Source: Calcarisporiella thermophila CBS 279.70
Taxonomy: Eukaryota; Fungi; Calcarisporiellomycota
DNA: 64,000 bases
Direction of reading: 5' to 3'
Assembly: GCF_041956535.1 (NCBI RefSeq)
Contig: NW_027192191.1
Location: 941,443 to 1,005,442, forward strand
Part shown: in pieces, positions 1 to 12,057 of the stretch
How positions within the stretch are numbered: position 1 is the stretch's first letter
Layout: each line of letters opens with the position of its first letter
Position numbers and translations under genes: made by a program
The notes under the pieces: model-generated
Told to the model about the DNA's origin: nothing
Databases searched by the model: none
Seen by the model: only the letters and a program-made list of their open reading frames with translations

Positions 1-2
1 CC

Positions 3-341
3 ACTTTTTCAATCAACTCACCACAAGCAATACCTCCACTGAGAAAAGTCCACACAGAAGCCATCGATGCACCTTCTCCGTTTAACTCGCAGGCGTCGGA
101 ATCAACTGCTCTTGATGAGACTGCTCCCCCGACGCCTCTAGAGTCATCTTCAGAGAGTCGTCATGTGACCTTTGTCTGCGGTAGCCCTCTAGAACCAGCA
201 GACTCCCGCGCAAGTAAATACATTCGACAAAACTGCTCATGTTGTGGTGACGTATTCAATGATCTTGATTCGGGAATCGCCAGTATTTATTACGCTCCTG
301 CTTCATCTTCTCCCTCGTCAGCTCCGTTACTACCGCTTTAA
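3..341 (+). CDS. 3' end of a gene entering from upstream; Ser/Pro-rich C-terminus, product unknown
   Basis: Frame 3 is open from the window start to TAA at 339-341 (TFSINSPQAIPPLRKV...CSCCGDVF...APLLPL*), followed by an AT-rich UTR-like tract. Confidence 0.6.
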   Translation, partial: TFSINSPQAIPPLRKVHTEAIDAPSPFNSQASESTALDETAPPTPLESSSESRHVTFVCGSPLEPADSRASKYIRQNCSCCGDVFNDLDSGIASIYYAPASSSPSSAPLLPL

Positions 342-1317
342 TTTTACATTTCTTGCAATCCAAAAAAGTCATTCCTCTTAGCATTTTACCTCATATACAC
401 TTTTATATTACAGCTTGTGTTTATTCCCCCATTTTTATCTGCCGATTTTTCCCTTAAAATAATATAATGTTCTAGAATAGAATGAGCACTAGTTAACTGC
501 CTGTTGACACATATTTTATACATTACTTTATTATTCCAAATATGTGGAAACATTTTGTAGAGCAAAAATAAAGATTCCTCGTCAGAAAGTGTTAATTCAG
601 CTTACCTTTCCATGAAGGGAGAGTTTTCTATGGCATAAAAGCAGAACAATAGAGTAGTTAGTCTAAAGTTCGATATAAATGCAGGAAAGAGAAAATAAAT
701 AAATGTTTTCTCAGGTGAATTAAAAGATTTCTTTCAAAACATTTCAGAAGTCTAACATATATGAAAGTGAAAGCATCATAGACAGGATAATAAAAGAAAA
801 GAATAAGACTTGACTACTTACCATAAGCTATACGTTTACAAGATGATCCAGAGTAATGATTAATTACTATAAAATGTGATCGCAATAGATAAAGTTTATT
901 TAAACAAGAACGCAAACAAAAATTTCAAATAAATACCCTAAATAATGAGGCTTAGACTTTTACGCGTCACTCTAATTGAATCAATTCATTGTAATCCGAC
1001 GAGGAATAGGTACTTTTAATTTCTTCTCCGGTCTTTATTCCAGGTAATTTTATTCCTTCTCTCCCCTCACCTACCCCTTCTGTTAACACTTTCACGTGTA
1101 ATCACCCAATAGCTATTGACTTTTATATCCTAGTGGAGCTTTAAAATTTTAACTCATGAACGGTGCTATAGCAGAGATAAGCTCAAATATGATTAGACTG
1201 ATTTTAAAATATTTACATTCATTATTGATTTTAGCAACGCTGCTCTAGTTTGCATTTTTTAACTCTTTTTGTTATTTCGATCTTGATAACATTTTATGTA
1301 TTTCCTACTATGATTCA

Positions 1318-1650
1318 TTGAACCATTTATCAGGCCTTTTTATATATTTCGTTATTGCTATCTCTGCAACCATTTCTGCTGAAAAGGTTTGTCCACTTGG
1401 CAAGGATCCAGAATCGTATAAAGATGAGATTAAGAAATGCTTCTTTGAGCAGATCTATCAACTATGATAAACCTTGACGCTGTTGCGATTCCTGGTTACG
1501 GTAAAAAAATTCAAATTTGATCTATCCACTGCCTAGTCACCAACAAAAGGAAGAATGCACCGAAGTCTCTTCGCAACACTCTCTGAAGCGAACAAGCGCA
1601 GTATCAGACATAACGTGGCAGGGGTATATAGCCATTACATTAACTCAAGT
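1318..1650 (+). pseudogene. possible decayed small secreted Cys-containing protein
   Basis: LNHLSGLFIYFVIAISATISA-EKVCPLGKDPESYKDEIKKCFF looks like a signal peptide plus Cys-containing mature region, but starts at TTG, hits stops and continues only by frameshift. Confidence 0.2.
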
Positions 1651-2224
1651 AATTGAAAATGAAATTAAGTCCAAGCATGCATATTTAAGCCCTTTTCAAC
1701 TTCAATATCCCCAGCGTTTTAGCTTTTCCTCTTTGAATGTAGCTTGCATATATTCCTATAAATAGCGTAGGTACCTTTTTTGCAATACCATCCCACTCTA
1801 TTTCTACGAGTTGTAATAAAAATATTTTGATTCCGAAAAATAAGTTGTCGGTTTGTGACTTTTAATTGGCTTTAGGTTAGCACTAAGTACAGCGGTTTAG
1901 AATAAATGGAATAAGCAGTCAACAACCCAAGTTTCACGTTCCCATCTTCCATAACTTTTATTACAATCTACCTTATTTTTTTTTTCTTGTTTTACTATTT
2001 ACTTGCTACCCCTCTTCTCGGAAAGGCTAAAATGTCACACTTGAAAACCAATACTTTTAGGGTTACTCTGCCTCAATGATCAGAATTAGTGATTTCAAGC
2101 ATTTTCCAATATACTGTATTTTACGGTAATGTCGTCCGTTTTTATCGTCAAATTCGATCTTTGTATCCAAGCAGTGGCAGAATAGTCTGGACAACTTTAT
2201 CCGCAGCCAATTAGAATGAAGCAG

Positions 2225-2276
2225 AGTTCGGCCCTAAGTTAGATTGGTGAATGCCAATTAAACTTAGGGTTGAACT
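2225..2276 (+). repeat. imperfect inverted repeat (hairpin)
   Basis: agttcggccctaagtt ... aacttagggttgaact arms with inner attgg/ccaat stem; both arm mismatches are G:U-compatible on the + strand. Confidence 0.75.
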
Positions 2277-3237
2277 TAAGTAACAACGAAAGAGGAGACC
2301 CTCACTACAGAAATATAAGAAAAGTAATCCTTCATTTAAATTTCAAAGTATTATATAATTGAAAACTGGTTACAAATGCTATTCTGTAATTGTTAACCGC
2401 TCTATATCGTCAAAACTCAAGATTCCTTCTATTAAACCAAGTGAAAATGAATTAAAACAACAGCCCTTCATTCAAATCACGATATGAGCCATGAATATCT
2501 AAAAAGCTGCTTAATCTATTCAGTTAATTCAGATTTAAGGCTTATTATTATTAAAAAGGGAGGAGATAAATGCCAACTTGGAAATTGGAGTTTTCTCGTA
2601 ATATACAAAGATGATAGATTTTTTTTTCAACTAGCGATGTTTTCTGACAATTGTAAGTGAACTCAAAATATGATGCGTAATCTGGAAGAGAAAGGACGAA
2701 TCCCGTAAACTAAACAATCAGATTCTCTTATTGCTAAGCAATTTCGAACGAGCTTCCAATATAAATTTTTAATTGCTTAATTATAAAATTAATAATTTTT
2801 CTGTAGAGTCACTTGCTTGGCAAATTGGCTCAGCAATCAAAGTGCACAAAAAAAACCTTTAAAACTCATCTGTTCATTAAGTACGCAATGTACTCTCCAT
2901 ATCCCACGTTGACTCAATTTCCTGTGTTGCAATACAGGGCCCTATTTTAGTCTGATTTAGATATATTCCCGGCACAGCCAAAGATAATGATGTAGGTCAC
3001 AAATCGGATTAATTACTAATCCAAAAGTTTAAAATTGCAGCTGTCTATATATACTAGGACTTCGTTATTCCTTTTATTCTGCTAAATCCTTAGCACCTCC
3101 CTCCAATTTTCCTTATTTTTTATGAATATTTTCTGCTGCTCTTTTTTATCACATTTATTTACCCTTCAAACGTTGCAATCGTCATATACTCAGATAATCT
3201 TATTTATAAATATATCGTTTAAGCCACAATAGAAAAA

Positions 3238-4999
3238 ATGACCACAAGTAAAATTATCCATAGTTGAATCGAGCTTTAGCATCAAAAGATCTCAATGAAC
3301 TAATGCTTACTCAATTGTAGGAGATTTGGCTCCTCAAGATCTCGAAGAGAAGGGATCCACCAATGGCTCATTATCGGATACACAATTGGAGGCAGCCAGC
3401 TATGAAAAAAAGTTTGAGCCCGAGAAGGATATTGGACCGCCTCCTGACGGCGGTTGGGGGTGGCTTGTAGTATTTGCAAGCTTCTCAATCAATTTTGTTG
3501 CTTTTGGTACTACTACCATCTGGTTTGTTTTAAGCACCATTATAAAATCGTAAGGAATGTTTAAAATTTAATCCTCTTCGTAATCTTAAATAGGGGCGTT
3601 TTTCAAGAACAATATGTGAGAGAATTTAAAAACACTACTCTGTTTGATCTCTCTTTTGTTGGAGGATTAGCCACGGGCCTTATCTTTACAATGGGTCCTA
3701 TTTCTGCTCCGCTAATTGCTCGTTTTGGGTATCACGTACCTATGCTTGTCGGTAGTGTGCTTGCACCTCTTGGGATTGCTTTAGCTAGTTTGTCCACTGA
3801 AGTTTGGCACGTTTATCTCACCCAAGCTGTTGTTTTCGGTATTGGATGTTCACTGCTCTTCATCTCTTCAATTGCACTTCCCGCTCAGGTAGGAAAAAAC
3901 CTTTATCAACTTATCTCCCAACTTCTACATCTGCAAACCACTTTGCTATAATTCGGTGTGTGAATCTTTCATATAGTGGTTCGAAAAGCGACGTGCGTTA
4001 GCTGTGGGTATTTGTTCATCTGGAAGTGGAATTGGAGGACTTGTCCTTGCTCCTCTTGCTCGCCATCTCATCAATATTATGGGATTCCGGTGGTGTCTCC
4101 GTGTTATGGCCTTCATTAGTTTTGCTCTTTGTATTATGGCAACTTTCTTCGCCAGAGCTAGAATTCCACTTTCACAACGTAGAGCTGGCAACAAATCTTT
4201 TGATGTTTCGCTTTTAAGGATTCCCGGATTCCTGAGCCTCATAGCATTTTCATTTATTAATCTTTTTGGGTATGCTTTACCATTCTTCTATACCCCATGT
4301 AAGTGAAAGCAACTCATTGTTCGTAGATTATCTCTTATCCCAGATATAACTCATTATATCCAAGTCCTTTTAAGATATTAACTACCATCTCTCATTTAAT
4401 TTCTAATTTCATAGCATATGCTACATTCATTGGACTTTCTAAAGAAACCGGTGCGCTTTTTGTTGGAATAATGAGCGGAATCAACGCTATATGCCGTGTA
4501 ATACTTGGCTATCTTGGCGATCGTTATGGTCGTATAAATATGCAGTTCACGGCAGTATTCTTGTCCGGGTTGACTTGTCTTTTGATATGGGCATTTTCAT
4601 ACAATTATGGTACTCTTTTGGCGTTTGTCATACTTTACGGAATAACTGGGGGCGGGTACTGGGCTTTAACTCCAACTGTAGCAGCAGAGGTTGTTGGTTA
4701 GTAGGATTGTTAATGGAAATGATATATTTTAATGCCTACATTTGAGTAGTGTATATCTAATATCTTCGTATATTGTATTAGGGGTTGAAAATCTCGGATC
4801 CGCACTCAGTATCCTATACATATTTAACGTGGTCCCACTTACATTTGGAGGAAGTATTCTGGCAGCTTTACTCCAGTCTACAAACAATACTTCCTATACT
4901 CCAGGTATTTTATTTGCAGGTTTTACCCTGGTGGTAGGAGCACTCTGCCTTATTCATACCAAACTTTGGCGGAATTCTCGGATACTTGCTAAGGTTTAA
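3238..4999 (+). CDS. MFS transporter, monocarboxylate porter (MCT/Mch-like) family, multi-exon
   Basis: PPDGGWGWLVV N-terminal motif, GYLGDRYGR loop motif, multiple TM helices; ATG 3238 spliced (intron 3248-3320) into ORFs 3326, 3616, 4004, 4471 and 4742. Confidence 0.92.
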
Positions 5000-6055
5000 T
5001 TTTTGGAGCAAGTTTACTAGGATCAGGGCTATCATCTTTGGAGATTTAACTCTATTATATGATGTTTAGAATTGTATAGTATACCTTACTTATTTCTTAT
5101 CCATAAAATATTATCCTTGATATTCTTGAAAGCCATTTAATTTATATTAATTATATATATATTATTGCTGAACTATTAAGAAAAATGCGATGGTATAGAG
5201 AAAATAAAAGAATTATATGCAACTGTTCAATAAATTTTCATCGTAGCGCTTCAAGTTTCCATACCAATCTTGGGCTGTTCGTGCATTTTCACTGAGGGAT
5301 ATTGACATAGCTGGAATGTATCATTAATAAAACATGAATTTCGATTAGTTTTCCAAAGATATTCCAATTTTTAGTTCATATAGGAATATTGAGTTTATAA
5401 TGAAAAGTATCAATTTGTATCAACTCTTTTATAAAGAATGGCATATAAAGGTCTTAATAAGATAACATCTGCACAATTACTGCTGCCGAGAACCAGAATC
5501 TATCACCAATTTTTACTTCCATAATCAATACAAATAAATATCATATTGATTAGTACTTGAAACTAATCTGCAATTTACTTTAAATCGAGCAAATTTGCAG
5601 AAATCTTCGTCACTGATCAGCCATGCTTATAATACAGGGCACGAGTATTGCAATAAATAACATATTATTTTCGTAGCAAATTCTACCAATTTCTTTTTCC
5701 ACCATCTGGTAGAAGAGATCACCAATATCAAGGCTAAGGATTTCTAAGGGTTTTGCAGTCTTCTGGTGGCGAAGGAAGGAAAATAATAGGAAGGAGGAGA
5801 CAATTTCTACTGGAAATTGCCAGACGCAATCTGATGATTTGGACATACAGGATTAAAATAACGCAAAGCAACATTATCAAAGGGGATATGTGATAAGTGA
5901 AATCCTCAATGTCTCGTAGATGTGTTCGGGTTAGTTATTGGGGATATTTTCCTTATTTGCTGATCTCGCTTTACAATTGGACGAAAAAGATTCCAAATAA
6001 ATGAGACCACATTAATTATGTATAAGTTAATTGTGCAAAGAAAAACATACTAAAC

Positions 6056-6236
6056 CCAAGATTTTCAACCCCTAATACAATATACAAAGATATTAGATAT
6101 ACACTACTCAAATGTAGGCATTAAAATATATCATTTCCATTAACAATCCTACTAACCAACAACCTCTGCTGCTACAGTTGGAGCTATAGCCCAGTATCCG
6201 TCCTCCAGTTATTCCGTAAAGTATGACAAACGCCAA
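6056..6236 (-). repeat. inverted ~180 bp duplicate of MFS gene segment 4618-4797, including its intron; frameshifted
   Basis: Reverse complement aligns to 4618-4797 with about 6 substitutions and one 1-nt insertion. Confidence 0.92.
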
Positions 6237-7282
6237 GAAAGAAAGAAAAGGCCAACACGTATAAAGTATTTCAATAGTTGTTTTTTCGGTAAGCATGGGT
6301 AGGTTTTGACAAATGACTCAACATAAACTGAGTATGAATACAGCTGCTTGGATATCTTGTAAATTTAAAATTTTTTATAGAGTGTTATTTAGAGTTTAAA
6401 GTGGTACATGGCGCAATTTGATTGCAATACCACGATAGATACACTTTAGTGTGGCTGAACAGCAGGGAGAGGCCCGGCAACATAAATCTTATTGTTCCCA
6501 TATCTATTATCATTTTTGAACCCTTTCTATCTCCTGACTAAGTATATACTATTATTCTGATTGTTAGAAAGAGAAAAAAAGATTGAAATATCCTAATCTA
6601 AATGAAGCTTTCATATTTTAACAGAACGAAAAAAAGCATTGGCACTATGAACAGCACAGTTTAAGAATATAATATATTTTACATTAATAATTCCTGTATT
6701 ATCTGCACTAACTTCAAAGTAAAACCCTCGGTTTAATTCAAACGAGATGGTCCAATCACGAAAAGTATGTTGCGAGTTTTAACCTAATACTTACCGATCA
6801 TGCTTTAATATGAATCACCCTATCTCTCATAATAAGGTGTCGCATCGAATTGATGCAATTTTACCAAGAGATCCAATGCGGGCTCTAAACAAAGTAAAAG
6901 GACTAATGATATATGGGAAAACCTGCCAGAGTGTAACCTTAAAAAAGTGCTATAGCTCAACTTTATCTCGAAATCACCAAGAGTTTTTTTATCGATTACA
7001 AATCTTTCTTTCTTAGGGCTGTGCTGGGTCATTTTCATCATAGCCTCTGCACAGCCATAATAAAAAAAGGAGAATATAGAAACTTTGTAAAGGTATGTCT
7101 AATCTAAGGCAATGATTCAGTCACTAAGCAAAGACAACCAAGTCATAGCCTCCTCCCCCCCCCCCCCGCCAATATTGAAGCCTATAAAAGCTCATGATTT
7201 TCAGACATTGCCGCCATCCTGCAATCAATATTTTATTTTACGAAATATCACACTACATTTTATCGCTTCTAAACTATACGCC

Positions 7283-9934
7283 ATGAAACAAGAATTTAAC
7301 CATCGTGCGCACTTGCATGGGAATAATGCAGTCCAGGCTGAAATATTAGCGAAAGAATATTCTCAAGGGGACACACGAATTTATTCTGATGTTTATTCTC
7401 GCCTCATCAAGGAATTTGCATCATTTGAGATAAAATCTGGCAAGGATACTTCCAAGGGGCTCTTAACCTTGGGAGTTGGCAGATTACGTCGAGTTGCAGT
7501 GTGGACTTTACAAGATGTCTTGCTCCTTTTATTTATTGCCAAAGAAAAAAGCGAGTGTACCCATGACCCTAACCATCGGTTTCAATCTAATTCTGAGCTT
7601 CCTTATAGTAAGTACATCTATTTATTCACATACTAGAGAAAATTTAAAAAATTTTAGCATGACAGCTAATTTAAGTTAGTGGAGCTAATTATCAAATTAT
7701 CTCCAACTATTTTTACTATCTCTTGCAAACTTTATTTTAATATTTCTTTATAAATTTATTTAGGCGGCAGTTATGAAGCCGAGGAGGTCAAAGATTTCCT
7801 CTATAGTCTTGTCTCTAATGTGTTTGTTGATAGTGCAGAAACACATCTTGCTACCCAGGCGAACACCATCATCGAGAATGTATTCGTCTCACAGAGTGCA
7901 AAAACGATTATGCAGTCAATTCTTGAGGCGATACAATTAAAATCTGCCGCATATGAGCATTGGAAATATCCTAAGTCACTTTCACCCATTGATCTTACCT
8001 TTGATGCCGTGCAACATTGTCTGGCTCGCTTTTTGATTGACGAAGGAATGAACCGTGTTATGTTCTCCTGGGAAAGGCCACTTGGTGAAAATTTAGTTGA
8101 TTCTGTATCTAATATACTCCAGACTGCTCGAGACGAGTCCCGTCAACTCCATCCAACAGAATATATTCTCCTTCACGTCGCTTATCAACAGCTGGCCCAA
8201 GGAGAAAACCCCAAGCAAGCCCATGCCCGCTTCTTGGGCACTTCTGGTTTTCGTAAGGACACTCAAACGTACATGTCTTTAACGGATCCAGGAGATGGCC
8301 ATGTATTCGGTACCACGCGACACAACGAATGGATGAGGGGAGCAATTGTTCATGTTGGTAAGTTACCATTTTGTTTTAATATAAATATACAGTTCATTCT
8401 TCTTATTTCAACGAGGATTACATCATACATCTTATACATTTTAATTATCCAGAGCATTTGGAACGCCCAAACCACTACCCTCGTAAGAAGATAGAATCCT
8501 ATCGCATCGCATCAATCCTTGATTTCGCTAAAACCAGGTTGCATGTTGGCTCTCAAGCTCCGACAACGGTAGGTACCATAGAGTTGTTTTAGTTTGGATA
8601 TGCTTCTATAATTTAGGCTTATTAAGCACTCGTTATAAAAACATCAGATTTTTCTTAACATTTATTTTCGAAATTTAATTTATTTATATTCAATATAGTA
8701 TTTTGTAGGGCGTATGCTTAAGGATTTCGGAGAGTTTGATCTTGACTTTATTAAAGTGGTAAACACCACCTCGGCAGCGGCTTCGGTAAGTTTTAGATAT
8801 TTACCTATTATATGTATATTTTTCTAAACTATTTCTGTTAGTCCGCATTTCAACTAGGGGCCGCGGAGTGCAAGGTAGCGATGGATGGCCTAAGGAGTTC
8901 TCAGATGGTTAGATATATGAAAGCTCTATCAGGACACACTCTCCGCAACCACAAACAGTATCTCTCCTCCGCTTTCAATCTGAACACCGTTTTAATTGAT
9001 GATCTGCCACCACATTCTCCAGAGAGTCCGGCTTACTTAACTGATCAAATGGATATTGGTCGACGTGGTATTGAACTGGCAGCCATGGGTGGATTCGAAA
9101 AGGTCACCTGGGATGGTGCAAGTGACTCATATCCTAGTAGATGCGTTTTGGAGCAACTTGGATTCCAAAATATGCTTGAGCTTGTTCACCGTGCTCATGA
9201 ACTAGGTCTCGTTACATATTTTTCTGCCGGTTTCAAATTCCACCACATCGAGCAAGTAGTTTATTCAGGCGTCGATGGTGTGGGCATTGGAGGTGCTCAG
9301 ATCCTACGCTACATGGACCACCAAACTGGTATGCATGGCCCTTATCTTGAGGAGAACATTCCTGAGATTTTGCGTCTCCGTGATAAAGCCGCTGCTTCTG
9401 TTCGTGGCCGTGGTGTTCATCTCCTCTGCCGCTTGGATCGTATGTTCTTTGAAGGTTCCATTACGACCCAACACAATGAATTCCGTCAACAACTGTATCA
9501 AGCACTTTACGATAAGGACGAGATTCGCATTTTGGAAATACTGGATCAGTTAGATGAGATTTCTGCCCTTCCTGATGATGGAGAAACCCCATATCTTGGA
9601 TATGCCAAACGCCTTATTGCGAGCAAGTCACCTATGATAAAGTCTTTTATGGGTGATAAAGAGTGGCAGATATGGATCGCAAAACTCGCTATGTTAGTGG
9701 AATGGGGAAATGAGACTGAGTTAATGGAAGAATACATGGGTGAAACTTGGCTTAATCTCCGGGCCAAGTATCGTAATACTCGCGCAAGGGTAAGTCATTC
9801 ATTTTACTCTCGCCCTATTATAATTCATTATAAGAGGTATATATTAACAATTAAATTCTAAAATAATGTAATTCTCTACTTGTATATAGCGCTCTTCTCT
9901 TCGAGTTAGGGCCAAGCTTATTACACAGAATTGA
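7283..9934 (+). CDS. large uncharacterised protein (~700 aa, 6 exons) with putative TIM-barrel phosphate-binding C-terminal half
   Basis: ORFs 7112, 7820 and 8881 join through canonical GT-AG introns (e.g. 7608-7763, 8786-8841, 9790-9889); segment LELVHRAHELGLVTYFSAGF...GVDGVGIGGA resembles beta7-beta8 of phosphate-binding TIM barrels. Confidence 0.8.
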
Positions 9935-10844
9935 ACAGAGTTGTCCTAGGTCATCTAATCAAATATTCAACTTATTATTTATTTTTATCAACTATACATT
10001 TGTGGATTATGATTATACTATAGAGCCTAAAGATTTCAACATTTAAGGGATTCCTTCAGGAAGTCCTTCTTTGATATCTAATAAAATAGAAATTTTACAT
10101 GATATATATAATAGAACACGGTGAAAAGGAATAAAATTTCAAAACAAATATTCCCAAAATGAAATATAGTATATGGCTTCTGATGCTTTGAAGAGGCAAA
10201 GGTAAAGGGATGGTCCAGAAATGGTTCTCTTTGGGAGTGTATGGGTACACTGTTCATGAACCAGAGAGAGCCCCGGTGATTAGAGAGAATATCACTCTTA
10301 TGAGCAACTGGAGGCACGGAATCTATAGAGATTAGATAAATATTGTATTATTCCAGTATAAGAATGTTAACGTAGAAACAAATGAATCCCTCATTTATAA
10401 ATTCTATATTTCTCTGGAAATGCATTAATAGTAGCAATGAAAAATGTTTAATTGCTATACCTTAGAATCTCGTTAAAAAATCTAAAACATATCTAAGCAC
10501 GCTTACTTATATTTCAGAGAATCATTGAATAGAGGCTACTAGTGAAAACTACAAACCTTATGTAATTGTGGCCGAGGATACACTATTATACAAATCAGGC
10601 TAAACAATAACTCAAATTATTCATTTGAATCAATAACTTTTAAAAATCACAAAGTTAAGTGTGTAACTAGTCAAAATATCCTAAAAAGGAAAGTGGCTTA
10701 ATTAGATAGAGTTTACCAAGAAATTTCAGAAAACCGTTTAAAAACGTAAAAATATCTTAGTAAAAGAGAATACTTCCATATTTGATTGATTATGAACATT
10801 ATTGCAACACACGGCACCTTGTAAAATACCTTCTAATAGCAGGT

Positions 10845-11760
10845 ATTTACGCTATAATCGATGTCTCGAACGAAGGTTTGACCTACAAATATCTGTCAGT
10901 GATAACAGGAGGACCATGGTCACTGCAAACGGATCGACACATTAACTGGAAGGAAGAGAAAGAGATTATACTCTACCCCAAAATGTTCCTACTCCGCAAT
11001 GAACAACATTTTTTGTCGGAATAAATAACACAGCAGCATTAGAATGTGTTAAAAACAATAGGAGATTGCATTCTCCGCCCCTCAATTCACTTGTGCGGAA
11101 TATTTGGAGAAAATGCTTGGAGATACACATCCAAACGATAGCGGAACACATCCGGGGAAGGATGGATATAAGCATCAACTTAGTCCCGAGTGATTTAGAA
11201 GCATGCCAATCCTGATTTATCGACCATAAATTCTTCAAAAGCATCAAGAAGAATGGGGATCTCATTAGGTGGAGCTGTTTACAAGCAGATCAATATATTG
11301 ACTAAACTGATATTATCATTCAAAGCCAGGTGCAGAAACTACGAATGCCTTGTCCCACGATTGACGTAAGAAAAGGCATCCCTATACCTACCTCAATTGA
11401 CCCAATTTTACAAATATTAAGCAATACAAGTGAAAAATGTCGAGTGAATGCATCAACCTAAGCCTAATAATGTCCCACTATCCACTAGCCGCATGGTTTC
11501 TCCAGCCACTATTTATAAAAACTGCGAGTTTGCCCACAATTGCTTAAAATGCGACCCATCTAAGCAGCTCCACTAACAACGCAATCGCTGAAGAAAAGGA
11601 TTTGGCATTGGACCTCTTGGTGTAAATTAGAAAAGAATTGTTATACCTGGGGAACGAGGACAGGGTGCAAGAAGAACTGGTAACACATTAGCCCCAAAAT
11701 CCTTTGACATGGACACAGTCACGTTAGGAAGCTAGACATCTATTGCAATCTTCAATATTG
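10845..11760 (+). mobile_element. degenerate DIRS1-like (tyrosine-recombinase) retrotransposon relic: RNase H plus downstream MT-like region
   Basis: Across frameshifts and stops: IDVSNEG...GPWS...HINWKE, NNTAAL...SPPLNSLVRNIWRKCLEIHIQTIAEHIRGR, QEEWG...VELFTSR, PGAETTNAL, AAWF, matching the recalled DIRS RNase H pattern (DAS..G; W..HIN.KE; DN..A; HI.G..N) and DLFAS/PGA..DA motifs. Confidence 0.75.
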
Positions 11761-12057
11761 GGCGGCGGAACACTCTAGTACGAAGTCGAAGTTTTCCGTG
11801 AGTTTGCCAGCGTTTGCCGTACACTAATAAATATACTATCAGAAAAACGCATTTATCAGGATTCTAGTGGACATGAAAGAATTTTTATGATACAACAATT
11901 GTCTCCGGTTTCTTTTGAATACCTTTTTCTTTCTTGTCTTGACTATCTTTACTGATTTGTGGCGCAGTTTAATTCGAGTCACCTTTAGATTGAACTTTTG
12001 CGCCCAGACTAATATATAAATTGATTATAGATCGCATTCGCACAATTAAATACCAAT

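Noticed and set aside
5610-5846. 78-aa ORF with faint integrase-like PLEILSLDI
   Set aside because: No further DDE or HHCC motifs; cannot be supported
7112-7282. N-terminal extension with poly-Pro from a C homopolymer
   Set aside because: Promoter-like sequence (tataaaa at ~7183); ATG 7283 has a better context
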